Shown here in pieces: positions 40,113 to 54,500 of a DNA stretch of 64,000 nt. Within the stretch, counting starts at the first letter, position 1. Every line of letters begins with the position of its first letter. The notes beneath the pieces were generated by a model, which had not been told where the DNA came from, searched no databases, and saw only the letters and a list, made by a program, of their open reading frames with translations. This DNA comes from Naegleria gruberi (Eukaryota). Location: assembly GCA_000004985.1 (NCBI GenBank), contig GG738853.1; one strand, given 5' to 3'. Made by a program: the position numbers and the translations under genes.

Positions 40113-42047
40113 TTATTTGAATAATCGCTTGATAGCTTGGAAATAATTTCCATTTTCATATTCGCATTTTGCTAATAGTTTTTCAATATCCTTGCTCTTG
40201 TTGCTCATGGCAGAAAAGTCTGAATAAGCTTTCTCGAAATTTTGGGCCTTATAATTCACTACGCCTCTGTTATACAAGGCATTATCCAACACTCTTAAAT
40301 CATCCAATTCAATTTCTCCCTTTTCCTTGGTTGGTAAAAGAATCTCAATAATTCCAGTAATATCATTCAATGCTTTGGTAGAATAAGTTTCCAGAGATGT
40401 GTGATTAAAAAGAGTTAAATAAATATGATACCTATGATGTAGGGATTCAATCTTGTACTTTGGATCGAACAAGTCAGCCAAAACAATTGAGTCTTGGAGG
40501 ATCTTGAGTGCATCAGAAACTTTGTTGGTATCTGTTTCGATATATAGTAATGCCAATCTACACATTGTTGGAATTTGGAGTGATACTGCAAAATGTCTGT
40601 TAATTTCTTTTTCTTGTGATAAATCTGGTACCATTCTCAAAATTGTTTCATAATCCACAATCGCACTGTACTTGTCTTTTGTCATTTCATAACACTTTGC
40701 TCTGCAGAATAGACAAGTAATTTGATCTTCAGCACGTACAATGTTTTGAACATCAGCATCAAAGCTTTGGAATCTAGAGATGGCAGAGGTAAAATAAAAG
40801 ATAGCTTCTTCATATTGTCTCCTGAATGACATTTTCAATTTGGCAACCTCAAACCATGGTTGTAAATCAGCTCTATTAGACTCCACTGCTGTCATGAAGA
40901 ATTTTTCAGCGTTATCAATATCATTCTTCTCCAAATAGTTATTTCCTTTAAGAAGTAAAATAAAGGAAATATTTTTCTTATGCCTTTTCAATTCAGTTTT
41001 TCCCAAGTCTTCGGTTGAAACCTTTTGTAAAATATTATAACAAGCATCACAAGCTTGAATGGATTTTTCAAATTGACCTATTTTGTTCAGAGTCTTGGCT
41101 AACAATAAATTGGCAGAATAGTTGTCTGGATTGGTTTCTAAAAATTTAGATGTAAACTCTATACTTTTTGCAAAATTTCCAGATTTTTCGTGAGCTCGTG
41201 CAATATTAAAGTAAATTTTTGAAATTTCCTTTTCTGAGGAAAGTTCTGGCTCGCTTAGTCTAATTTCTAAAGATTTTTCGAATATTTCAAGTGCCTCTTC
41301 AGCTGCTGACCTTTCCAATAAAAGGAACCCCAAATTATTGAGTGATTCAGAATAAACTTTCTTCACTTTGACATTCTTTTGTTCAATGGCATCGTAAAAT
41401 CCAACAGATTCATAGTAATTTTTCTCTGCATCACTATATTTCTCATGTTCAAAATAATACACAGCTCTATTATGTAAAATATCAATCTTTGATTGTTTTG
41501 TCATGTCATTATCTGGATATTCATTCAAAATTTCCATACATTTATCCATATCGTTAAGAGCAAGAGCATGTTCACCCTTTAACAGATAAGTCTTCGATCG
41601 TTGTAAATATGGCAAATAATTATTTGGTTTCATTTCAATACAATCCGAAAAGGCTTCTGAAGCCTTGTGTAATACTCGTTTTTCTAAATAATCCTCTCCT
41701 TCATTAAACATTTCATCAAAGGATTTATCAAAAACTCTCTGTTTAGTAACAACAGTGGTGGCTTGTGGTTTTTCATCAACAATTAAATTCTTATTTTCCT
41801 CAAATTGTTTAACCAAATCCACTTCCAACTCTTCCTCATCGGAAGCCTTCTTCTTAACCTCCTTCAAAAAACTATTCAATTTAATTTCTCTTGCCTTGAC
41901 CATACAAGTTGAGGAAAATCCTCTTCTCACACTCGAAGGAAGGATATTGTTACTCTTTAACAGAGTTATTCTACTATTGTTGATGTTAGTACGTCCCACC
42001 AATACCGATAAAGATGAGGAGAATACCCTCAAGCTTTGTCTTTTCAT
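40113..42047 (-). CDS. TPR-repeat protein with N-terminal presequence-like region
   Basis: ATG at 42047-42045 and 644 aa. The N-terminal ~60 aa are rich in R/S/L and lack acidic residues, like a mitochondrial presequence. Multiple 34-aa TPR-like repeats run through the body (e.g. AEKNYYESVGFYDAIEQ..., AEEALEIFEKSLEI..., FAKSIEFTSKFLETNPDNYSANLLLAKTL...). Its stop codon lies 6 nt from the DIS3 stop on the opposite strand. Confidence 0.7.
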   Translation of the reverse strand: MKRQSLRVFSSSLSVLVGRTNINNSRITLLKSNNILPSSVRRGFSSTCMVKAREIKLNSFLKEVKKKASDEEELEVDLVKQFEENKNLIVDEKPQATTVVTKQRVFDKSFDEMFNEGEDYLEKRVLHKASEAFSDCIEMKPNNYLPYLQRSKTYLLKGEHALALNDMDKCMEILNEYPDNDMTKQSKIDILHNRAVYYFEHEKYSDAEKNYYESVGFYDAIEQKNVKVKKVYSESLNNLGFLLLERSAAEEALEIFEKSLEIRLSEPELSSEKEISKIYFNIARAHEKSGNFAKSIEFTSKFLETNPDNYSANLLLAKTLNKIGQFEKSIQACDACYNILQKVSTEDLGKTELKRHKKNISFILLLKGNNYLEKNDIDNAEKFFMTAVESNRADLQPWFEVAKLKMSFRRQYEEAIFYFTSAISRFQSFDADVQNIVRAEDQITCLFCRAKCYEMTKDKYSAIVDYETILRMVPDLSQEKEINRHFAVSLQIPTMCRLALLYIETDTNKVSDALKILQDSIVLADLFDPKYKIESLHHRYHIYLTLFNHTSLETYSTKALNDITGIIEILLPTKEKGEIELDDLRVLDNALYNRGVVNYKAQNFEKAYSDFSAMSNKSKDIEKLLAKCEYENGNYFQAIKRLFK

Positions 42048-42537
42048 TTTTTCATCATGAATTTTTTAAAATATTAAATAAAATAATCATGATGCTGTGA
42101 TGATGGTAAAAATTCATCATCGGAATAACAAGGAATATTATCTATTTGCTTATTAATTCAGACTAGACTTAAGTTTTGATTTTGTTTCTGTTGGTGGAAT
42201 AAATTGGTCCGCACTTCCTTCGCTTCTTCTTTCTAACACAATTCGAAAATAGAACAACAAGAAGTTAAAAAAATTTACAAATCCATTCTTGTGCACAGCA
42301 TCAATAGTTCTTCTTTCTGTGTGGTTGATATTGTTTGGCTTGAAAATTCTTCTTCGTTAGTCGTTAGCCATCATCATCATCTTCATTATTTGATTGTTAT
42401 TGATAAAAACAATTAAAAAAATAGTAGAACATCAACTCCATACCACAAGAGAGATAATATTTTGTTTGCTCGGACGATCATCAAAATATTATCATCATCT
42501 TTGATCTTTACATCATCAACAATATTAAAATCGGAAA

Positions 42538-45500
42538 ATGTATAATAGCAATACAACAAATGTTAGACCGATATCTAGCAGTATGGGTCCACCTCCCTTG
42601 AGTGCAAATAGTGCATCAAGAAGAACGATAGCTGCTACAACAGGTCCACCTCCTTTTAATCCTAATAATCGAGTTCCTACTGCTGTAGTAACAACACCAA
42701 TGCCGATGGTTAACGGTGGACAACCTCCTAATCCTTTCTTCAGACCTCCATATCCAAACAATCCACCAATACCTAATGGTATGATTCCGAATAATATGGG
42801 TGGATATATGCCACAACCAATGTGGTCACCAAACGTCCCTGTAACAAGTCCTAGTATGAGAAATCAACCACCTGTACAAAATAATTTTATGCCTGTTAAC
42901 AATAATAATACTTCAATGACACTATCTACTCCAAGTTCATCTGCATCAAGAAATAGAAGTGTATCAATTGGATCAGCACCTGTTCCAACTGGTGATCCGA
43001 ATGAAGCAAAATTATTTGATGAATTACTCACTACTTTCTATAGTGATCCAGTAAGAATTGATGAAATTTCTAGGATGGATTTATTTTGCATTAGAAGTGC
43101 TTTACCAAAAACAACTTTTGAAGAAATAGATATTTTCTCGAGCTATTTTGGACATGGATCTAGTGTGGATGCTTCTTCATTTGGAGCTAATTTATTATTG
43201 AATGATGATAATAATAATAATAACAATACAACACTTGACTATAATAATGGACAAAACTCTGTAATTTCCTCCTTACGACACGCAATTAGAAAATTATATT
43301 TGGAAGCTTTTCGTGATGATGACAAATTTTCTGCCTCTCTTCTTTCCTATCATTTACTTTTATATAAGAGATTGAAAATTTTGGAAAAGGTTCAGGAGTT
43401 TCAACATGGTAAAATGAATTCTACACAATCACTGAAAGTTCAATTTGAACAACTTCCTTCCAATAATGCTCTAAGTATTGCTGTTGATCATAATATTGAC
43501 AAACCAAGTACTTCTGTAATAGCTACATGTGCTCTTTCGAGTGTTCCTGTTAACACAACTGAAATGACCCAAGTTGCTGAGCATCAATATCAACCTCTTA
43601 AAAGGGAAGATTTGGATACTTTTACAAAGAATTTAATCAAAGCAATGCAAAAGAGCGATGTGAAAAAAGGTATTTTTGCCAAACTGAGGAAGTCGAAATC
43701 AGAATCAATTTACAAAATTATTACAAAGTATGCATATCCACTATGCTTACCACTGGAAATTTTAGATATTGAATCACTAAATCCAGTCAAACAATATTTG
43801 GTAGAATATTCATTGGATAAGGAAAATGGTTTGAAACGTAGAACAAAATCAATTCACTCCATGTTGCTTTTGGCTTTGAGTACTGGCTCTTTATTAGACA
43901 TGCTCCAAGTGTTACAATGCCTTCTTTCACTTTCCGAGAATCCTGACGATCCTCTCATTGATGCAGAGACTGAAGACGAAGGAAGCTTTGTAATGCGTGC
44001 CGAAACTCTAAAGCCACTACAACAATTCCAATATTTGATTAAGATGCATTTGGATCAATTAGAAAAGGACTCGAGTCATACACCTGGGAAAAACAATGAC
44101 TTACCTACGTATCTATTACCTCAACATATTTGGAACGACCCTAACTATTCTTTAATATCCTTCTCATCAAATGGTGTATCATTGAACTTTAATTGGAAGA
44201 AACCTTACCTGACCGCAAAGCGACTTTTCCTTTTTTTGCTTAACCAAATAGACATGTTAGCGACCCATTACTTGTACTGTGAATCATATAGCACAATTAA
44301 TTCTCAGGGAGATCTAGTCATAGAGCTGGGAGATTCAAAGAATATTAACTCACTTCTCAATCATAGAGAGAAGTTTTTGAAAAATAAGATTAGTGCAAAT
44401 ATCAAATTTTCTATCGAGTTGGGATCACCGAGAACCTTTTCGTCATTACTAGATATCATTGATAGCATGTTACAAATTCAAAATACCTCTAACAGTGAGC
44501 TTAATGGAGTTAAAAACTATTCCATTGCGGCACTTTTCAGAATATTGCACTTGAATGTGAAAGCATTGAGTTTGTGGAAAAAAGGAAGAGAGAACGTTAA
44601 TCAACTTGTGCAGCATCGTATGTCTAGCAGTACAGGTTATTCTAATGTAAATTTCATCGAGTCTATGAAGGGCTATTTCCTTGGGTTCCTCAAAGAAATT
44701 GACACTGATTTGGAAACTAATCAAGATGGACTCAAAAGTTTTGAAACCATCCACGAGGCCAAACCTAGTTCTCAATCAAGGTCAAAAGATCCAAACATCA
44801 AGGAACAACCAAAGAATCAACAAAAAACAACACAAGACCAAAAGAAGGATGTTACAACTAATCCTTTTATTCTGAACTTGTTCGGATCTACAGCAAAAGA
44901 GCCTGTTCAAGAAGAACAACAAACCAATTTTGACATCGAAGAGAATGACGATTTTGTTGTAATTTCAACAACACCTGGTCATCCAAATAATAGGGAACAA
45001 CCACCAACACCGGAGGAAGTTAAAAATGTTTCAAAGTATAGATCAATACTGGCAGCCTTGGCACCTCAAACTTTCATGTCTAAATTTATTTCTGAAAAGA
45101 TGTTGGACATACTAGTTACTGGATTTTCTATTTTCTACCCATCTCCCGAAGAGCAAAGATTTTTCTTAGAAGATTCAATAAGTATATTATCGAATGGTGG
45201 AAAATCGAACAGCACAAGCTTACTCTCTTCTTCTACAGAAGTTCCTTTAAGAAGAAACTTTTTAAAGAAGTTATTAGAACGATTGGTTAATGATTTTACT
45301 CTATTTGAAAAGTTGATTGCTAATGGTATTGGCATGTCTGATGTGAGTGTGGTGATCCCATTCACAGAAAAATTATTAGAATTTATCAAACGTCAAGAAC
45401 AATTCAAAATGGCAGAAGTTTTATCTAAACTCTCCAAGTTTACACCAGAAAAAGATATCAAACCAAATGATATTTACATGCATGAGGATTTGGAAATTAT

Positions 45501-48500
45501 TGCAAATCTTGTCAAACAACTGATGATAATGTGGCAAAACTTTTTATTCCATTATGTTCACTCAATTTTTAGTAAGAGTTCTGTTTCAAACAACAATGGT
45601 GTTGTAAATTCAATCTTGGGAACAAACACTGGAAAAGTCCTGTTTGAATACTCTAGACTTATTCTTAATCAAAGTGAAGAAGTTTTAAATGAAATGTGTA
45701 AAATCTCAGCTGAAATTATTGAAGTGAAATCAAAAGTTGACAAATCATCTGTTGATGAAGTTAATTCCCTATTAACGATTGGAATTTGTGAAGGTATTCT
45801 GCAAAAAGGCGCCACAGGGTGGTTATGTTTCCCTCTCTTGCTTAACTTTGCTAAATTCTTGTGGAAGGGTAGTATTCTTAGTAATTCTAAATCTGCAGCT
45901 GGAAATGTTGTTATAGAATCTCAATTAGAAAAGTTAACTCAATTTTTATATCCTCCTGTGGTTAATCTCTTGAGAATGATAGATTTGCTTTGTCAATTCT
46001 GTGATGTTCAAGAATTCAAATCTGAGGCCGAAAGGTTATTAATTGACTGGACTATTGTAGAAACTGAACATCCATATGATGGTAATGTTACTGATTGGAA
46101 AGAAGTTAATTTTATAGATCCTAACAATAACATTATCAATGTGGGTATCAAATTTGATCCTAGATGTATTACCTCTGGTCCTGAAGATCACCTTAGAATT
46201 AACTCTTTACAAAAAATTGCCAATCTTCAAGCTTTACAATTCTCAGGACATGGAACAACAATTCCAGTTAATCCTTTATTAACATGGGGAGCTGGCATGT
46301 CTTGCAGTTTCAAGAGCGGTAATTTTGCTCTTAATTCAAGTGAAGGAGGAAAACAAGGAAGCATGTGGGGAATGAGATGTCTTGTAGTACCAGTTAGAAG
46401 TTTCTCTGCACCTCCATTGTTTATGTACGAATTTTCTAAGTTATTAGGTCACATTGGTGGAAGATGCAGTACTTATTTGCTTTCAACCTATCCATACAGT
46501 AGTGATGAAGACAAGTACGTAGAATGGTTGGAAAGCAAGATATTTGCCAATGGAATCAAAGGAGAAATTGGACAACCTACAGAGCAAAACACAGAAAAAC
46601 AATCAAATAACAATAATAATGGTCTTTTGCTTCTAAGAATGGAGGAAGACTTCTCCAAGAATTCAATGATGTACCAACAAGCAAAGACAATAGCACCAGG
46701 CAAATTCGGTTCAAATCCATATGATCTCATCGAAAAAGTTGACGTAGATAGCTCTTCGAGTGACGTATTAGATGTTGCTGACAAATTCTTATTGGAAATG
46801 ATCGAACCAACATCAAATACCTCTGCTCCAATCAACTATTGCAATTACATGTATCAAAGAATTCTCAACAAGGAATCATTTACACAAATGATGCAACAAG
46901 TACCTGATGTTGTCTCTGCTGAAAGAGCAGTTATTGCAGCAGTTTTAAAGCATACAGGTTTGGACTCTCTAGCAAGAAAAGTTTCAGATGCTGTTGCTGA
47001 AAGCCCATTCCTTCTTTCTGAGAATGTTGATAAGGATTCATACGAAAAATCCATGTCCCTCTTGGATATTATGTTCAAGAATGGAGATTATGAAAAGTTG
47101 AAATTAATGTGGAGAAAAGTTGGAAGAACTCTAAGAGAGTGGATGATCAAAACCAAACAACAAAAGCAACTGTCTTACCGTGATATGAGAGACTTTATTG
47201 TTCAAAAGTGCAAATTCTTGATTTCTCTTGAGAGTGCATTTATGAGTACGGTCCCATTAGATGCCAGGGATATTGGTACTACAGAGAAGTCTTCTTTATT
47301 CAAGAAAGTACAAAGTCCAAGAGCTGTGGAGAAATCTTCATTATTTTCTCAACAACTTACACATAATTTTGTATTCAATCGTTTTAAGAAAGGAAATATT
47401 GGCGGTTTTACAAATATACTACCAAGTGATGATTTTGTTGGAGATATTTCTTCACAGATTGTCAAATTCATTCAAAGTGATATCATACCAGTAAGAATTC
47501 AAAACTTGATGAGAATGAGAAGTGAAAGAGCATTGAATAGAGCAACATCTCTTCAAATGTTTAGTGAACTTTTGCAAAGCACTCAATTTGCTAGTGTTAA
47601 AGCTGAAATTGTTCATGGTATTAAAGCTGTTAGACAAAACAGATCCATGAAGAAGATAGACTCACCAAACTTCCACTACTTCAACAATGTAGAGGGAAGT
47701 GGCCCAATGTATTCAGATATTTTGAGCTCAAGTCTTAGCGATTTCTTAAAGCAATTGTTCTACCCTCTGGATTCTTGCATTTCTACATCTTCACAAGAAG
47801 AAAAGGAAAAGCAACTAAGAGTCTTGGTTCAAAGTGGCTTGTTAAGAGAAATATTAGATATTTGCTTGATATCTTTCAAGCACAATGATATCAAATGGAT
47901 TATGCAATTTGATTTCTTAGAAAAGCTCTCCTACCTGATGTATAATACCATCTCAACTCCTGAACAGAACACTGATAAATTTAAAAGAAGGGATGGATTC
48001 ACAGAGGAACAGAAAGAAATCAATAAGAAATCTTGGAAGATATTCAGACTTTTATCTATCAGATGTGTGGAAATGTTGGAAGAAAATGCAATCACTGATC
48101 CAGTTGTAGAATCTCAGCTGAATGATTTGAGAGATACTGTCTTTAACTTGTTGTTCAAGGATTTGAAGAGAGTAATCGGCGATATGAATTCTGAAATTTC
48201 TTCAGAAGTTTTAGAAGAAATGCTTTCTCTCATGGTTTCTCTTTCTAACACACCATCAGCACAATCTTGTTTATCAAGCGAAAGATTCCAACAATTATTA
48301 TTACCACTGTTGAGATTAGAAAGCTATCCAAAGGTTCAAGAGTTATCGCTCAAATTATGTGGACAACTTATCACAAGCTATGGAGAGCTTTCTACTGATA
48401 ATAACTATAGTGAAGGTTTGAAAGAATTACTAACAATATTATTCGAGTTCTTGGGAGCCTATGAGACTAAACAAGTAACTGGCGACGCTTCTCTTGTCAA

Positions 48501-51500
48501 TGACAAAGATGGTAGTGGTTCTATTGGTATGAAAATGGCCAAAGATATCTTCAACTTGATAAGAAAATTATTCAGGGATATACCTGTTGATGATCATTCA
48601 TCTGCACCTTACTTTGTAGGAGTACTTACTTCATTAATGGATCAAGCTATTAATCTCTCAACACAAAATATAATACAGAGTATCAGGAAGGGAAAAACCT
48701 CTGTTTTGAAGGATATTCAATTGGTTTACTCCACTTTGACAGTCCTTAACGGATTTAATTGTGTTCCCCAAATTGGAGAAATTGTTAATGTAGATATGAA
48801 TGGCAGAGTTGAAAAAGCTAAAGTTAAAGAAATTGAGGAAACCTATCACTTGATCAAAATTGAACTATGTGACAAGACAGTCATTCACAGAGAACACTTT
48901 GTCTCTGCTGAGAATGTTAAGGTTGAAACCAACCAACCAATTGAAAAGTTTGACTTACAAAAGCAACATGTACACTCCTTATTCAAATTTATAACTGAGT
49001 TGGGAGTTATGGTGAATGGTACTGATTTAAGTTTAGATGACAAGATTCTATACTCTAATTTGTGGATGAGATCATTACGTTGGTTATTGGATGCTATTTC
49101 CATTCAAAATAACTATTCAACTATTGTTACAGAAACTTTACTTGGTGCCGATTCTGATTATGCTAATATGCTTGAAAAACTTGTTGGCCTTGGAGAAAAA
49201 TCAACTATTTACCAAACACTTGCTAATGAAACAAACAAGTCACTCATAACCTATGGTAAAGATCTTAAATTGGATTCTTGCAGTTTTACATTTACAGGAA
49301 AGAAATTCCACAAACAATACTACTATAGTTGCCAAACTTGCAGTATGAACACTAACCAAGCTGTTTGTGCATTCTGTGCCAGAACTTGCCATAGAGGACA
49401 TCGCTTGGGTACTTTGGAAGTTGGTGATTTCTATTGTGATTGCGGAGCTGGAGAAGCTGCAGCAAAGACACACGGAACATCTAATTGTAAGAGTTTAAGA
49501 AATGCATCCCCAGATCCAATTCTTACAACCGAAAGAATGGAAAGTGTAATGCTTCGTTTACAAAAATTAATGCCAATATCTTCCAAACGAAATCAAGCAG
49601 ATACACTTGATTTGGTACCGAACAGTCCAAATAGTAGTACTGCTTCACAAAACAATCAACCAGTTCAAAAAGGACCTTCCAAATTTGTGGTAACCAACAC
49701 TCTTGTACAAGATGGGGTACCATACACAATTAATAATGCTCCAGGAGAACTTCCACTCATCACTTTCAATCCAATGCGTTTGTACTCTCCAAAGCATTCT
49801 ATAATTGCTACAGACTTTTCAGTTCCAATGAGCTGGCCTGGTTTTTACTTTGAAGTAGAACTTGTGGATTGTGGAGAAAGTTTTGCAATTGGTTTTTCAT
49901 TACCATTTAATCCAACTAGTGCCATTACCTACAAGACAATCTTCTCTCAAACACAAAATATGTACACATGGCATACAGAAGCTGGTACTTTATACAAAGG
50001 AAATACTATTGTTAAAAACTCTTATCCAACTGCTTCAACAAAGGATGTCATTGGTTGTGGATTTATTAGAGAACAAAAAACTATTTTCTTTACTAAGAAT
50101 GGTGTAAATTTAGGACCTTCTTTCCAAAATGTTGATTTAATAACACTCAGTCCAATTATTGCTATGAAGGGAAAGAACGTACAAGCAAGAGTTAATGTTT
50201 CTATGATTAAGCCATTCCAATTTAACTTGCCAAGAAATTTCAAGTTGCTTGTTCCTGTATATTATGCTATTAACAATCCTACATCAGAAATTGTAGAAAC
50301 CAATCAACCACTGGGTAAGCCTTCTCAACCAGTTGTTCAAAATGAACTATCTGTCTTTGAAACCAGAGTCAAAGAATTGAAATCAGTTGTTAATGGACTT
50401 TACACTGAAGATGATATCAGAAGAGTGTTAACCTCTCTCAATAATATGGAAGGAAGTAATTTGAACATTCTTAACTTTGCTTTATCCATTTTACACAGAA
50501 ATATGCAACCTCAAGTTCAAGTCATTTCTAAAACAAATGCACCAACACAACCAGAGGCTGTTCCTGTTCTAAGATTACAATTGGTAGAACAAATGAAGTT
50601 GATGGGCTTTACTAATGATAAGGTTTGCTTGAAAGCTCTTCAACTTGCCAATGACGATATTAACTTGGCTTTGAACTATGTTTTCGAAGGTGTTGTTGTT
50701 GAAGATACACCTCCACTTATTCCTAATATGGCTTCTAGCAGCAGTATTAGCATTCCTTCTTCTATTGCTCCTCCTGCCAATCCTTTTGTTGATAGAGAAG
50801 AATTCATAAAGAAGAATGAAAAGAGTGTAAATGACATTTTACTCTTTGAAAATTCTGGTGTACCATTGCTTGGATCAGAATGTAACAACTCTGATATGAA
50901 ACAAAGATTATTGAAAGCTATGCTTCAAAACCCAGACATGAAAATTAACGAAAATAACTTTTGTGATTCTAATAATTTGAGAGAGGGCGATTTGGTTGTT
51001 GTTTCACCAAGAATTGTTGCTGTTGCTGATAATAACAGTGATTCTGGATATGATCTTTCTAGAAATAAGAAGACTGCTGCCCTGTCTAAACTTCGTGGTA
51101 AACTTGGCGTTGTATCTCGTAAGGTAACCTATGGCCCATACGTTATGGTAGCAGAGGAACAAGGTGCTGGATCTATTGTTACAGATTTGGTTGAATCCAA
51201 GAATGTCTACACAGCTCCACACGAGCTCAAAGGAATTACCATCAATGATGTTCCTGCAAAATGTTTAGAATTCTATATGGCTTTATCATCAACCTATATC
51301 AGAACAACAATTTTGAAAGCTTTGATAAAGGCATCAGAGATGAAAAATTTCAAAATGGATCTACCAAAGACCTTTTCAACAAAGAAGAATCTCATGAAAG
51401 GATTGAAGCTAACTTTGATAGATTCCTATCACCACTTGGATACCGATTATAACTTTATTTCTTCATATACCAATAATGTTATTCTTGAAAAGTCCGTAGA

Positions 51501-54500
51501 CTATGATAATAATTATACATTTGCCAATAAGACATTACCTGCTATAGAACATTTTGAATCTTGGAAGAATATGGAAATTACTAATTCTGAAAACAAAGCT
51601 TCTGACATTTTCTTGGAAATTGAAGAAGAAGCACTCAATGATCTAAATGCTTATACTCTTGGACTTAATAACTATAGAAAATATGATTATAGAAAAGATA
51701 TGAATGTATTGCACCAACAACCTACACCTTACAAGCAACATTTTATTCAATTTTATGGTGCCACTTCTATTGCTATTATTTTGGGAGAAAAATTTGAATT
51801 ACCAACAACATTGGACTGTCTTACATTCTATTTTGATAGAAATGGTAAGAAAGTTGCATTGCAAATCAAGGGAGGTACTCCAGTTCAAGACAGATGTCTC
51901 ATCATCACAACAAATAATTACAATTATTTCAACCAAACAGAACCTTTTGCCAATCAAGCACAACTATACTTTGAATTTACTGGACCAAGCGTAAGAGAAA
52001 ACAATGGTGTTACCTTCTATGCAGCTCCTTACACTACAAAATTATCTCAAAGGGATGCCTTCCTTCAACCAAATATGCTCCTCTCTTCTTTAGTATTGAA
52101 GTACTCAGCCATCAGTAGAAAATCAAGAAAAGTTGATTTTACTGCAGCTCTTTACTTCCCAATCATGGGAAGATACCTGTTAACACCATTTGCTCCTTTC
52201 AAGGGTATTGTAGCTGATGCTCTTTGTCAATTAGACTATAGCAGTCCAGTTATTTTCAATTCTCACATAGATCCAATGTCTCACACTGGTATAAGGGATA
52301 GTATTGTTAAAAGTGGTCCAGCTTATGCTCACTTGTCATTATTGAAGAGGTTTAGAGTTGAATTGGAAGATTTATACAGAAAATATTTGAGATATAATGA
52401 AACTTCACCTCATGCCCTCCATAATTTCCACGCTCTGACTGAATTTATGACTGTCGTAAGAAAATACCTTGTTAGTGACTTGTGTCAATCCATGTTCCCA
52501 AGTGCCTCAAGCAGTTTATCTAATTTACCAACTAACCTTGCAAATATATTAGACAAACATCACATGTACAGTTGTAAGTTAGATCAACAACATTATGGAA
52601 GAACAGTTGAAAGAGAAACCCTGGCATGTACCAGTTGTACTCATAGTGTTGCTAAGCAGTTATCCATGTACGAAACAAAACCTTCCTCTTCTTTTGCCAA
52701 ATATTTTGCTAATGAATCCACCAAATGTCAATCCCAGGTTGCTATGGAGTTCCAAATCAAGTATGATCACGAAAACTCATGTAATGTAGCAACAAGTATT
52801 GTTCCAATAGGAACTACAAGTGAATCCGTTTCAAAACTTTTCTCTAAGGAAGATAACTTGTTACAAGTTAACCCATCAGATTGGTTTGAACATGTATCTT
52901 GGGTTGACCAACTCACAATTATTAGAGAATTTTTGGAAACATTCACATCTAATAATGGTAGAACCTTCCCAGAATGGACCTTGTTTGAATCGATTCTTGA
53001 GAAGAGAAAGAAGGTCTGTTACAAGGAAAGCAAACATCCATACTCTGTTGTTAATGACTCTGATAAGATTAAGATTCCTGGAGCCAAGACCCTCTACATT
53101 ACCTTTGATAAACACAGTAAGACTCACAAGTGTGATCGACTGCTCTTTAGTACTAAGAAGGCAGGCTCTGACGACTTGGGATCTTTCGGTGGAGATGAGT
53201 TGAAAGACAAAACTATTGTTGTACATGGTACAGACTCTGTTTACTATGATTTCACTTGTGGTGGAGGTGATCATGACGTTAAATGCTCTGGATGTAGATC
53301 TAATATTTCTGGAGTTCGTTATCACTGTGTCGAATGTGAGGAGTATGACCTTTGTGAAAAATGTGTTTCCAAGCAAGGAAGAGTTCACTCTGATTTGCAC
53401 TTGTTCCTTAAAATTAGAAGGCCAGTTGATTGTATGCCTGCTATGATTCCTTCACTTTATACTCCAAGATGGAGGTCTACCTCTCAATTCAAAGGAAATA
53501 TTCACGTTGGAGTTAAATGTGACAATTGTGGTGTAAATCCAATCAAGGGTATTCGTTATTGGTGTGAAAATTGTGAAAACTTCAACCTTTGTGAAAAGTG
53601 CGCTGACACTGAGTTCAAATACCATGATAGAATGCACATTTTCTTGCGTGTTGTTAGACCTTTACCACCAAAGAATCAAATGCCTGCCAATGCTCTTCCA
53701 TATGGTCTCGTTTATGAGAAAGATATGGATTCTCACTGGGGTTATATGTTTAGCGTTTCTTCCTCTATTGAAGCTTGCCCTAGAATATCACAAGTCCAAA
53801 ATGAGATTGATGAAATAAGATCTTTAATGAAGATTGGAAAGGATAATCAACCTATTGGGGAAGACGATGTAGATCCTGTCGAGTTTGACAAGCAACTACT
53901 CGAATATGTTGAAACATATAGCAACGGATGGCAATCATTAGAATGGAATCAACTCTCACCAAAGAAAGAAGAATTAACTAATTTACCGCTACTTGATAGA
54001 GTCCCTCTCAACAGACTTAGATATAGATTCGTTCTTCTCAAACTTTTCAACAGAAGAATTTCACGAGTTATCAATATTTTAGATTTTACAAATACTTCAA
54101 ATATTGAGAGAATGAATGACTCAAGAGCTGTAACTATTACAGACATGATTAGTCAACAATTGAGAGATAGAATTTTCTATTCTGTAAAGATGGATGCTTG
54201 GCAACATACTATCATGAAGTCTCATGTAACAGTTGATCCTATCCATTTGAAGCTCAATAGACATTTGGCCTCTGAAATGCACCCAACAGATAGACAAAGA
54301 AATGCCTTCAATTCTCTCTTTATTCAAGCTTTCAACCAAGTTAAATCTATGCATCCAAAGATTTTGAGCAGAAAACAAGCCTCATGGAAGGTAACATTGA
54401 TTGGCGAAGCAGCTGATGACTATGGTGGACCTTTCAGAGAGTCTTTATCAAACATGTGCCAAGAATTGATTGCTAATGATCCTTCTGTTTTGGATTTATT

